Part shown: positions 23,771 through 36,171 of the stretch, in pieces | Numbering within the stretch: position 1 is the stretch's first letter | Layout: every line of letters begins with the position of its first letter | Translations under genes and position numbers: made by a program | The notes under the pieces: generated by a model | The model's input: the letters and a program-made list of their open reading frames with translations, nothing else | What the model was told of the DNA's origin: nothing | The model's database searches: none | Assembly: GCA_965112735.1 (NCBI GenBank) | Contig: OZ218953.1 | Span: forward strand, 2,976,001-3,040,000 | Length of the DNA stretch: 64,000 nt | DNA from: Phaeosaccion multiseriatum | Lineage: Eukaryota > Protista > Ochrophyta, other classes | Reading direction: 5' to 3'

Positions 23771-26700
23771 AGAGGCTCCGCGGTGGGTCCCCCAGGCCGC
23801 CGGCGAAGGCGTGCACAGCCTGTAAGGCGCAGAGAGCCAACTGGTCTGCCAGGTCTTTCGTCTCGGCCTCTGCGTACACGCGCACCACATCCTCCGTCCC
23901 CGAGGGGCGGACAAAGCACCGCCCTGACGAGAACAGCCTCGTCGCTGCGTCGAGGGCGATCTGAGTGAGTGAGTGAGTGAGTGGGTGAGGGGGGGAGAGA
24001 GAGGGAGGGAGGGAGGGAGGGAGGGAGGGAGGGCGTCAGTCAGCCTATCCGTCAGTCAGTCCGTCAGTCAATTCGTCACTCAGTCAGTCAGTCAGGCAAA
24101 GGGTCAAGACTTATCAACAACGAGCAGAGCCTACTACTTCCTCCCTTTCTACAACACTCGCGTGCGCACCAAATGCCACACCCTTCCCCCCGACCCCCTC
24201 CACCCCTGCCGCACTCCCAAAATGGTCGTCAATACGTACACACACCTAACGTGAAGACAAAAAACAAAAACGAGACGCACCTGAAGCCCTTGAATCCCCA
24301 CCCACCCCGTCACCCTCGATATACTAGGTAGACCAATCAGGTAGACCCATTAGGTACATTACACACGCACAGGGCAACACACCCACCCACTTCAGATGTC
24401 GCTCACACCTTCACGCACCTGAAGCTCCACCGGCTGCACGACGTGTGCTTCGTCCTCGCTGCACTGCACCACCGTCCGATCCTTCACAGCAAGCTTCGCC
24501 TGACGAGAGGGCAGCTCTGTGTACATGGCGCACCACTCAGGCATGCCCCAGCCCCGCAGCCCCAGCACAGCCGCCACCAGCAGCATGTCACAGATGGCAT
24601 CTCCGGTGGCCTGGTTCGCCAACCTCATGACGGCGGAGAGGCGTCTCACGGCCAGCTGCTGCCGCTCTGCTGTGGCCTCCGCCTTTGCCTTCTTCGCCGC
24701 CTTCTCCTCCTCTTCCTTCTTCTCCTCTTCCTCCTCCTCCTCATCCTCCTCCTTCTCCTTCTCCTGGCCGTTTGCCCCTGTCTCTGCCTCTCCTAGGTCA
24801 ATCTCCTCAAGCTCGCCCCCCAGCTTTCCAACTTCCTTCTTGATCCGCTCGCTGAAGAGTACGGTGCCGTGTCCATTGGCTTCAAAATACACCCCCACGT
24901 CATACTTGACCGCTTCGTGGTGCAGGTATTTGACGCCCGTCTTGGTGATGACGGTCTTGATCGACTTCGATTTTAGGTATGCGGTAGAGGCTCCGTTCGC
25001 GTACGCTGTTTGCACGCAGGCCAGCGAGAATTTACTGTGGGGTGTGCGTGTGTGTGTGTGTATGGGTATGATGAGACGACAGGGCGTCGTATTTTTTACG
25101 TAACAAGTTGCGATGAGGCGACGAGAAAGGCCACAGGAGAAACCGAACAGAGGGCAAGAGAGAGGAGGGCGTGAGGTAGGCACGCAGACACATAAAACGC
25201 AACGCAAGGGCAGACAGGACGAAACAGACTACACCACACCAGTGAAGCAAGCAGCAAGAACAAAACAAGTAACCAACACACAAGAAAGCACAAGCAAGGG
25301 TCCACCTCTTCGCCCCCTCGCCCCTCAGCTCAAACCCTCACCCCCCCTACTGAAGCCTTACATACACACCCCACACCATACCTGTCCAGCGCCAGCACCC
25401 CCATCTCCTCCCCCAAGAATCCCGCCAGCAGCGCCGCAATCTTATCCCCATCTGCCAGCGTCCACTCGCCCTCCTTGTCAAAGTAGTGAAACACGATACG
25501 GTCGGCGTCTCCGTCGAAGCTGCACAGGGTCTTGCCCCTGTCTGTTTCCTTGTCCACCCCTCTTGGTGGCTTGACGCCCTTCTGCACAAACTCCGCCCCG
25601 CAGCCCTCGTTGAGCATGCCGTGCCCGACTCCGTTCCTCACCTCCAGTCGGAGGGTGGGCAGCGCGGCTTTGACCAAGGCCAATACCTGTGTGTGTAGGT
25701 AGGCGTGGGTGGGTGTGGAATGAGTGGTGGGTGTGCGTGTGGATGTTAGGGGGGGTGGGGGGGGGGGGGCAGAGAGGCGCGATGCAGTCACTACACAAGG
25801 GTGGGAGAAGGGTGAAGGGGCAGTCGGCAGTCTTCATTCTCAAAACACGAGAGCCTCCAATACAGAGTATGCGGCAGACACCTACTCTTCACCATATGAA
25901 CCCCCTTCCACCCCGAACTCCCACCCCACCCCCCCCTCACCACCACCACCACCACCACCACCACCACCACCACCATCACCGCTCTCCAACAGTCAAACAC
26001 CACCAACCAACCTGAGGTCCTCCTACCCCGCACGCAGCGTCGACGTACAGCGTCTGGTCCTTCACCCCCGCAACCTCCAACAGAGCATCCCAACTGGAGC
26101 TGGAGCGTCTCTTGATGTCCTGCCAACTCGGTCGCTTGCCCTTGCTGTTGGTAGGCAGGCCCGTGGCCACCAAGTCGTTGTACGCCTGCCCCACCATGCG
26201 GTAGTAGCCTGCCTCCCCCTCCCACTCCGGTCGACCCCATGCCGTGCCTACCCACTTCTCGCCCACCTTGCCGAACGACTTGCCCGTCTCTATCCGCACA
26301 GCATGGTGCAGCTGAGGCGTGGTCAGGATGCCGAGATCGCGTACTTTCCCCTCCACTAGCTCCACCCCCTTCTTCACCAATGACGCCAGCCTCGGGCTGT
26401 GTTCTCGTGTGTCTCTGGCCAGCAAGACCAAGGGCACACTTACCCCTCCCCACGCGCTGCTACTGCTGCCTTGTTGCCCTTGCCCTTGACCTTGTCCTTG
26501 TCTACGTCCTCCTCCCCCCTCTTGTTTGTCTTCATCTGGCAGCGGGCCTTGCACAGGTGCGCAACAAACCGCCTCGCCCTCTGGAGGGTGGGGAATGGAC
26601 TCGGCCACGAACAGCTTGGCGAGCACATCAGTCACCTCCTGTGTGTTGGTGTGCATGTGAGGAGGTTTGGGGGGTGGGAAAGGAGAGTGAAATTAGACAC

Positions 26701-27765
26701 CGCAATCAACAAGGAGAGAGACTGAGCGAACTCGATTAGCTGCTGAGCTGTGCAGCCCGTCGCAGTCTCCATCCATGAAGGATGGACTTTGCCTCTCTTG
26801 CCCAAGCCTCTCCACCTTCCCCCACCTGCCATGGAGCATTGGCCAGCATCTCCGCGTACGCCTCCCACTTCTGATCGAGCATGCCTCCGTCCGGATCCAC
26901 GATCTTGAGGCCGTTGTCCTGCCCGGGGTTGTGTGACGCCGTCACCATGACCGCCACAGGCAGCCCCAGGCCGCGGCTCCGCAGCGCAGCGAGGATGCCC
27001 ATCCGCAGCACGGTGGAGTCCAGGATCTCCGCCTTGTCGCGGAAACCTTTTGGTTTGGGGGCGAGCGAGAGCGAGATACATATGATGCATTGAAACATTC
27101 AAACACGGGGCAGAAGCGAGTATACAGCAGCAGGTTACCAGGATGTCATTTTGAGGGATCGATAGAGAGGTCTTGGTCTGGGCTGCGGCGATAAGAAATA
27201 CATCACTCGATAGTTACCGCTGTTCGTACGCATCCCCTGCCCTGTCCACAGAACTCGACCACAACGATTTCGTGTACGTGTGCGCGTACATGGCTCTCCT
27301 TCTTGCTTCCTAAGGCGCGGCCTTGACGGCTGGAAGAACAAGGCTCGAAAAGGACAAGAGAGAAGAGACAACTGAAGCAAAAGGGCTCGACACTCTAAGT
27401 GCTACATGCCTACCTGCTGTGCCGTATCGCATTTTCTTCGAAGGCTTCTCCACGTTTGCCATCTCCGTCGTTAGCGAGGGGTACCATCTCTCCACCTTTG
27501 GGGAATGGGAGGGTGGGGGGGTGGCGATGCTTGAGGAGGAGATGTGCTGACCTGGATACGTTATCTACTTCTCCCGCTGCCTCACTCCCTCCCTCCCTCC
27601 CTACCTCTACGCACGTATGTAGCGTGTTCTGTCCACCGTATCTTTGGATCTTCCCCTGTCCCCCCCTTTCCAGCATCTCGTACCTGCGCCCCTCCCCATT
27701 CGCCCTCTCCCTCTCCCTCCTCTCCCCTTCCTTCGTACCTTTGAGGATGAGACCTGGGCCCCCAT
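23769..27765 (-). CDS. PGM3: Phosphoacetylglucosamine mutase (PGM3/AGM1/PCM1)
   Basis: YGTAG|FR across the 27413-27047 intron; catalytic VMVTASHNP; metal loop SFDGDADR; sugar loop VYFEANGHGT; phosphate loop FVRPSGTEDVVRVYAEA in the last exon (23960-23769). The first exon 27765-27739 (MGAQVSSSK) is less certain. Confidence 0.95.
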
Positions 27766-28028
27766 CCTGAACGAAGGTGGAGCAGCGTTGCGATCACTTC
27801 TGACCAAGGGTTTGGCGTTAGGCCGCAAAGAAGTGCGCCCGCTGTGAACTGCTGGACCACCAACAAGCCCACTTTCCCTCTTCAATCCCTGTAATATATA
27901 CCGCCGTCATATATACTCATCTTCAATCCCTGATCTCTCACAGAGAGAGAGAGAGACAGACTAGACCTGGGTTGTGCGTGTGAGGATCACATCCACGTCC
28001 AGGACCGCACGAAAAGGTGTGGGACACG

Positions 28029-29234
28029 ATGAGGAATCTGCGTTTTTTTATCATCGTCGTGTTGGTCTTGATCGCGGTGGCATTCTCTTTGCTTGCGGTA
28101 GAGCGGGAACACGTGCATAATCTTCTCGAGAAGGACGTCGAAGATCACACAGGCGCCATTCGCAAGAGGTATGGGCATGTGGACACTGTCTATCAACACC
28201 CACGTGAACGAGCTCTCTCAGCCGGTGTGTTCTTTCTGTTTCACGGGTGTGGACGCTCTGAGGAGGATTGGTTTTCGTATCCCGAGGAGCTCCTCATGAC
28301 ACAATTTCTCTTAGAGCATGGCTACTCCGTGGTGGGGCTAGCTAAACAGAGCAGGGTCGGGTGCTGGAAGAGGGAAGAGGCGGATTGGGTCGTGGAAGGG
28401 ATGAAGCTTTGGATCCTCGACAACCCTCTCGTCGGCGAGGGGAAAGAGCGCGTTCCATTTTTCGGCCTGGGGGCTAGTTCTGGAGGCTCCTTTGTGGTAG
28501 CTCTCTCATCACACCTCATCGATGCTGCCGAGAGACGAAAGGATGGGGACGAGGGCGGTGGTCCGGAACTGCTTTTCTCAGGCCTAGTGGTGCAAATTGC
28601 CCCCATCCGGAAGGAGGTGATGAGACTCTCCAGCCCCCCAATGGTGGTGCAATTCATGCCAAAAGACCCCTCGTTTGGCCCCCGGTCGCCAGCTGCAGCG
28701 GCATTGGATCAGGTTCGCAACGCTTACGAAACTCCCATCAAGTTGCTTCCACTCCTCCCTCGGCACTTTGGGTCCACGTATTTCGCAGAGCTCATGCCGA
28801 ACGACTTTTCAGAGCAGGTGAGCCGAGGATGGGCAGGTCAGATCAATCCATACCCTTTCTTCCATAGATCTATATGCGATTATCCCCTCCTGTTTGTTCC
28901 CTTTTCCCACTTGCCCTCCCGTCCTGTCCTGTCTTGGTCCATCCCTCGCGCTTGACTTCTTCCCTCTTCTCAGGCCTCTATTTCCTTGTTCGAGCGTTGG
29001 AAAACAGAGGGGTACTTTGATTGCTCCTCCGACTCGGGCCTCTGCACCATTGTCAGGGACCCCCGGCGTCACATCGCAGTCATGAAGCCGGCCCTCGACA
29101 ATGTGGAGCGGTCTGGGCCTCTCCTGTGGGAGAGGGTTCTTGAATTGCTCAACGTCGCATATGCTAGGCATGAGATCAGCTCCGAAGGGCGAAGTGAGTG
29201 GCTGGAGTGGCTTGAGCAGGAGCAGCAGCAGTAG
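28029..29234 (+). CDS. Membrane-anchored/secreted alpha/beta-hydrolase-fold protein
   Basis: Exons 28029-28817 and 28974-29234 (phase 0). N-terminal TM FFIIVVLVLIAVAFSLLAV, oxyanion-type FLFHGCG, nucleophile elbow GASSGG, C-terminal His (YARHEIS). Confidence 0.75.
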
Positions 29235-29518
29235 TAGCCGCCGCAGCAGCTGCACCCCAGAAGGCGCCTCGGCGCCAGCCCTTGAGCCATAGAACGCAGA
29301 GACTGGGTCCCGTGAGCCGCACTGGATGCTGTACATTCATAGCAGGTGCTCGAAGGAGTCACGCACAACCTGCGCCCAGCAACGCCCCGCCTGGCCTGTG
29401 CGACACGCGCACAAGGCTAGTCGAGTGCACACGGTTAGAGGCTCCGTGGCACACGTGTCGAGGCCCCGGGCGTCCGGACAGTGGCTCACCCTCTTCTCTA
29501 CTGAGCTACCTCTGGCTG

Positions 29519-30607
29519 CTACGGCTGCTGCTGGTGCTGTTGCGGCTGCTCTAAACTGTCTAGTAAGTCATGCGCCTGACTGAGTAGCGCACAAACGGCG
29601 ACATCAGAGCGCAGGACTCGCGGACCCCAAGTTACAGTCTGGAAACCTGAAGGCGTGCAAGAGGTGTCGGTGATGGTTGGGGTCAGGTATGGGAGGGGCC
29701 CGTCGAGAAAGAGCAGAGCAGGAACGGACAGAGAGAGCAAGAGAAAGAGAAAGAGAGAGAGAGAGGCAGAGCAGGAACGGACAGAGAGAGCAAGGGAGAG
29801 AGAGAGAGGAGGAGGAGGGAGAGACTTGCTCCAAACTTGTGTACCACAAGTGCTGCGTCGCCTGCTTGCTTGCTGCGAGACAACAAGAGACTTGCACAGC
29901 ACAGCAAGACGGGTGTGTAGTACGGCGCATCCTCTTTCCTCGCCCACTCTCGCACCACCAGTCGGTCGCACTGCACCGCCCTCACTCACCGTGTGCTTGG
30001 AACAAATCCAACTCGAAAGGGTCGTCCCAACCGCCTGTGGTCATCGGATGATATATATGGAGTTGGGGCCGTCAAGTCAGTTACAGGAGGCGAGGGGGAT
30101 GAGGAGAAGGAGGAGGAGGAGGAGGAGGAGGAGGAGGAGGGGGAGGAGGAGGAGGAGGAGGGGGAGGAGGAGGAGGGGCGAGTGAGCATGAGTGCCTATG
30201 CACGCTCCTGCTCGTGCTCCAGGAAAAGTCATTTGCCTGAACGAAGAGGCGCGGATGATGATGCATAACACATCATTTCACAGAACTGTTTCTTTGAGCA
30301 AATCCACCTGCATTCTTGAGGGCTCCCAGTCCCCATCTTTAGGGACCGATACACTTGCACCCGAACTAACCTTCTGGCCCTATCGCAAGCAGGATCCTGA
30401 CGTCACTAGCAGCCACCCCCGGGGGTGGCAGAGCAGACCGGACTCGAGGAGGAGGAACCTTGCTGTCCCACCGTGTAGGATGAGCGATGAGCTGCGAGAA
30501 GATGGAAGGGGGGATGGGGAGACGGGGGGGGGGGAGGGGGGGAGAGAGAATGAGATGAGGACCAGGGGAGAGACAGCCAGACAAGACAGAGAGACAGACA
30601 TCCAGAT

Positions 30608-30638
<31 letters not shown>

Positions 30639-32435
30639 GAGAGAGACACACAGACAGACGGACAGGCAGACAGGCAGACCTTCATGTACTTTTCTGGCGG
30701 GAAGAGGGTGTCCAAGGAGTCCTGAAGGAACACCTTGAGCCTCTTGGCCACGACAGTGCGGGGCAGAGCCGTGTCTCCACACTGAGCCAGGCCCTCCGCC
30801 AGGCCTAAGCGGATAGCGCTAGGCTCACGGAACAAGTGCGATCCGAAGTACGCCTTCTCCACCTGCAGAGTAGAGGGGGAGGGAGGGAGGGAGGGAGGGA
30901 GGGAGGAGGTGGGGTGGGTGGGTGGGTGGGGGGGGGGGGGGGATGAGGGGGAGAGAGGGAGAAGGGGTGATGGGTCATCGCCCTGCTCGGGCGTAAACGT
31001 GACTGTGACCGTGACCGTGACCGCACCTTGGCGGCGTTGCAGAGCACCAGTGTGCCCACCCCGAGGGAGCTGATCATGGGCAGGAGGCGCTCCAGCTGCA
31101 GCGGCCGGGGTACCGCCAGCATAAGATCAACCTTTGTTTGGGGGGGGGGGCAGAGGAAGGAAGGAAGGAAGGAAGGAAGGAAGGAAGGGTAGGGTAGGGT
31201 AGGGTAGGGTAGAATAGGGCACAAGAGGTTAGGGTAGGGTAGGGTAGTGCAGGGCCGGGTAGGGCAGGGTAACAACACCAACACCAACACCAACACCAAC
31301 AGCACCAAGTGGAAGAAGGTACCTCACCTTCGGCCTGCTGTCCACCGGCACGGAGGCGAGCAACTCCTCCGCATGACGCCTCAGCTGTAGTACCAGCACC
31401 TCCTCGGCGTTCCTCTTCGCGGCCTTGCTCCTGTTCTTGGGTACGTTATGGGCGGGAAGAACCTTGGATGGCAGCTTGAGGCCGGGCGGGAGAGAGGCAA
31501 GGTCGCCCAAGCTGCTCCCAGGGAGCATGTTTACGTCGCCCTCTGGCGAGCCTCCTTCCCGACCTGGAGGACTAACCCATTGCACGCCTGTAGAGAGAGC
31601 ATAGTCCCAGTGAGGAAGTGGGAAATGGGAGGGAGAGAGGAGGCATGGCTTTAGATACATGCACCCCCTGTGTCTGTTGGTCGTGTCCTTCCCTCTCTCT
31701 CTCTCTGTCTGTCCCCCTCTCTCGCCCCATCCCGCTCTTCTGTCTCCGTCTCACCCGCGTCATCCAGCGTGCCACCGTCAAGAACGCCACATCTGACACT
31801 GTCACCGCTATTCGCCTTCAGAATCGACCGGACATGCTTGGTCCGGGGATCCAAGCCACTCAGTACCACAAAGGCATCCGAGGCGCCGCCCTCCTCCCCT
31901 GAACCACCCATTGTCGCCCGAGGCACCTTCACAGGAGAGTAAGAGGGCCAAAAAGAGAAGCAGAGGAGAAGCACCGGCGCAAAATGCACGGTGAGCTGCA
32001 GCTCCTCTCGGGCAGCCATGGCACGGCAAGGGTGGTCGTTTGTCCTCCTCATCCCCCCTTCCCTCCCCTCTCTGCATTTACCTGCTGGACCTCCTCGCGC
32101 TCAATCATTATCCTGTTCAAGTAACGAACTCCGAGTAGCCGCTGACCCCGGTTGCCAAACAGGGGATGTCGTCTGCGTGCTGCCAGTCCATTAGAGTGCC
32201 GAGGTGCCGCTGCTGCTGCTGCTACCAAGGCTGATCCTTGGCCTCCAGCAGTCATGAACCTCACAGGAAAGGCTGGCTGAAACGCGACCCCGTTAACTTC
32301 CTTGCCACTGCATTGCCCGCCGCTTCTTGTCCTCTTCCTGCCTCCAATAGTGCTCCGTTCAGCCACAGTCCTTGTTCCCATCATGGCCGCCCGTCCTGTC
32401 GCGGCTCTTGCTGCTGCTGCCATCAACACCCCCAT
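29519..32435 (-). CDS. rsmE: Organellar 16S rRNA m3U1498 methyltransferase RsmE (SPOUT family)
   Basis: Spliced motifs NRIMIEREEV, DPRTKHVRSILK, VDLMLAVPRPLQLERLL, VEKAYFGSHL, EGLAQCGDT, LLAIGPEG|GW, GPRVLRSDVAV. Ala/Arg-rich N-terminal extension; start codon uncertain. Confidence 0.88.
31146..31270. repeat. (GGAA)n followed by (AGGGT)n microsatellites in an RsmE intron
   Basis: Direct reading. Confidence 0.85.
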
Positions 32436-32775
32436 GAGAAAAACTCTGGTGCTGTTGTGGCGAGAAGGGTGCTTCTTTAACATGAGGTCGCACGCCCTGC
32501 AATGATGTGAATGCTGAATAATCAAATCAATCGTTCATCAGGGGACAAGGGCCGCATCTCACATTCGTTGACTTACCAACATTTTTTTCTCCTCTTCTCT
32601 CCCTTAGGGAGTGAAGCTCTTGGGGAGCATTGATAGCGAAAGAGGCGAGCCTGGGGAAGAAGAGGAGCGGGGGTGAGGTGGGCAAGGAAAGTCCAGCTTC
32701 GTGCGGCTGGTACGAGGCGATTACAGCTTGGCGCCGAGAGAATAAGGTAGATTTAAGATAGGATTGGGGAGGGTG

Positions 32776-35700
32776 ATGATGAGCGTACAGCAGCAGCAGC
32801 AGATCAGCCAGACAAATGAAGACTTGCGAGCGAGAAAGCTGGGACCGATATACAACGCGCTGGACAGCGGCAACTGGAAGCAGGCGCTGAAGCTGTGCGA
32901 GAAGAAGGAGATTGAGAGATGGCCTGTGGTGAAGGCGCTCAAGGCCTCGGCCCTCATCAGGCAGGGAAGGAGAGACGAGGCGCTGCACCTGTGCGCCGCA
33001 GTGAGGGTAAGATATCCTACATAATTGGAAGAGAGAGCGGGAGGGAGGGGGGTTTTAATCCATGTTAAACGTGTGCAAGGTGGTGGTCATGTCTGTGGGC
33101 GCCACTCGAGGCGCCCATCCCATGCCTCAAGTTGGCGGGGGGGGGGGGGGGTTCCGTATTTTGCAGCACTTCTCCGTCTGCAATACCGCTTCTTCCGCAT
33201 CCGTACCTGCCCCGCCTGCATCCTCTCTTTCCCCTGCGCTTGGGCCGCCATCAACCTGCCTAAACTCCACTGCTGCCCGTGCCTTTCTACTGTCACAGGA
33301 CTGCGGACCCACAGACTACAACACGCTTAAGGCCATGCAGCTCAACTACCGCATGATGGACGACATGGGGCAGTATACCGCACTCGTGGAGAAGGCGGTG
33401 GCTCAGCGGCCGGGGGACTCGGACTTGCTCAGTGACTTATTCTCGTGCTACATCCGCGACAAGGCCTATCTCAAGGCGCAGCAAACAGCCACTCGGCTGT
33501 ACAAGCTCAAGGGGGCAGGGGCCAGCAAGTACATCATGTGGGCCGGGGCTGTCATGCTCATTCAGGTGGGGAGAGGGAGGGGATGGAGGGGAGGGGGGGG
33601 GGGGGGCTCAATGTAGGCGGGAGAGAGTCGGAGGGGTGCAGACAGGGGCGCGCTTGTGCTTGTTTACCTTGTGTAGTGTAGTGGCTCTCGCCCTCATGCT
33701 ACTGCTACTACTGTCGCCTTCGCCCGCCGATGTCGTACGTACGTACCTACGTACGTGTGTTGTTTTCCGCCAAAGGTGCGGCGCGGCGGCAGTCCCACGC
33801 TGCTCATGCTGGCGGAGAGAATGGTCGAGAAGACGCTGAAGGAAAGCAAAGAGAGTGGGCAAATCATCACTGGGGAGGGAATGATGCTCTATCTTGACAT
33901 CCTCCGGGAGCAGGGCAAGCACAGTGAAGCATTGGGGGCGCTGCGTGAGCTCTTGGGGGAGGCCGCCGATGAACAGACCCCCAACCTTGCTGTGGACGAC
34001 GAGACCAGCCTCGACAATGGTACAATCGTCACAATGCAGTGAGTGAGGGCCGCACTCGGGCATAACCCACACATGCCCTTAGGGTTAGATAGAGAGAGGG
34101 GCGCGGTGTCTGTCCTCCAAGGGTTGCGGGCTGAGACCACTTTCAAAGGGGAGGACGGAGGAAGGAAGGACGGAAGGACGAAACCCTGATTCGTTTCCTT
34201 GTCCACTCACCCTCTCACCCTTATTCCCCCCCCTCCCTCCCTCCCTCCCTCGTGGCTGTGGCTCTGACTGCCCCCCTCCCCCTGTGTGCAGATATGCCGA
34301 GCGAAAGGAAGTCGAGGCCTCGCTCCTGAGGAAGCTAGGGCAGGCGCAGGAAGCCACCGAGGTGTTTGCTGAACTGCTGCGCCGGACGCCCGACCAATGG
34401 TGCGTGAGAGGGTAGGACTTTTCCCTTCCTTCCTGCCTCACTAACTGCCTACCTCACTACCGTACCGTTCGACGCGGCGGGCGGGCGCTACTCGGCTCTC
34501 TCTCCTCTCTCTACTCTCCCTCTCTCTATGAACACCTGAAACTGAGAACGGAAAATGTGCTGCTCCTTTCTCCTCACTTCACTGTCCCTCCCTCCCCCTG
34601 TGGGCCAGGTCCTACTACCTTGCGTACATTGACCTGAGTTTGAGCCACGTACTCGGAGGAACGGAGGAGGGGGAGGAGGGGGGGGGGGAAGTGCCGTCGC
34701 GGAGCCCGCCTTGGTGTGGACGGAGATATGCAAGGCCCAGAAACACATCAAGCAACTGCAGGTACGGCACGAACTGAAGCACGTGTGGGCCTTGACTGAC
34801 CACTCCCCCCTGGGCATAAACAACTTTTTTTTTAATCCTTGTGTGTGTACTTACCTCATTTTGCTGACACACACACACAACAAATTGATCTTTTCTGGCG
34901 TATAATACGTAACAATACGTATACACACTTACACTTGCCCTATGCCTACAGTCCGACCTCGCGCGGCCCTTCGGCCTGAGGGGCCCTTACTTGGCCGAGC
35001 TGGAGCTGCTACTGAGGGCCCTCAAGGCTCTGGGGCCTCAGGCTGAGCTCTCCTCGGACTGGGCGGAGACGGAGACTGGGGAGGGAGCAGGAGGCGGGGA
35101 GGGAGGGGGGTCGAGGGCGACGTGCGAGAGCGAGATGGTGCGGCTGGTGATGTGCTACTTTGATGCTTTTTGTGGCAAGTTGTGCTGCCTGTCAGATCTG
35201 CGGCCGTACTTGGCGGTGTTTCTGGGAGGACAGCCCATGAGCAAGGGCAGCGGTGAAGGGGATAGCAATAGTACAGAGCAACTCAACGAGCGGCGGAAGA
35301 AGGAGCGGCAACAGGAGGAGCAGCTCGGCTTGTCTTGGGAGGGGATGAAGGGCGGGAGGGAGCAGCTTCTGAGCTACTTTGAAGGTGTGGCCAGGGAAAC
35401 TCGCCACACGCAAGCAGCACCAGATGCAGTAGCAGCAGGAGCTAGTCCAGACAAGAGCAGCAGTAGCAGCGGCAGCGACGGTAGCAGCAGCAGCGATGGC
35501 ATCAACAGCAAGGATCCCAAAGCGCAGGTTCGTCGCCTTCTCCGCTACATCCGCGCCATGCAAGGCTTGCGCTTCTTAGGGCATTGCCGAGCCTCTTGCG
35601 CCTCCATGGATGAGCTCCGACGGCTCGCTTCAGAGCTCGTGCAGCAGTACAGGGACACGCTGTGCGTCAACGACGGGGCCGAGGGCGGGCAGAGAGAGGT

Positions 35701-36139
35701 GCAACACGGGGACGAGCTTGCCCTCTTGGCAGCTCATGTGTTGAGGGACATCAGGGGCAGGCTGCTGCTGCTGAGGAGGAGGAGAGGGGGTGGGAAGGAG
35801 GAGTGGGGGGGGGAGGAGGCGGCGTATCTGATCAATGTGGAGGTGGCGGCCCTGCTGGAGTACGCGATTCGCCTCTCGCCCTTCAATTACCAATTCAAGC
35901 TTCTCGCCATACAGGTACTTAGTGGGAGGAGATATCGCGGAGGAAGCCCTTGCTGCCGCGGCTGCCGCTACTGCTGCTGGTGTTGGTGTTGGTTGCTGCT
36001 GCTGCTGGTCGTGGTGGTGTTGTTGGGTGGTCGTGGTGTGGTGTGTTGATTGTGCTACTGCTGCTGCTGCTGGGGTTGCTTGGTGGTGATGGTGGTGGTG
36101 GTGGTGGTGGTGGTGGTGGTGACGGTAGTAGCGGTGGTG

Positions 36140-36171
<32 letters not shown>

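Noticed and set aside
31186-31270. (AGGGT)n as an interstitial telomere
   Set aside because: The unit is a 5-mer rather than TTAGGG/TTTAGGG, and it sits among other intronic simple repeats.
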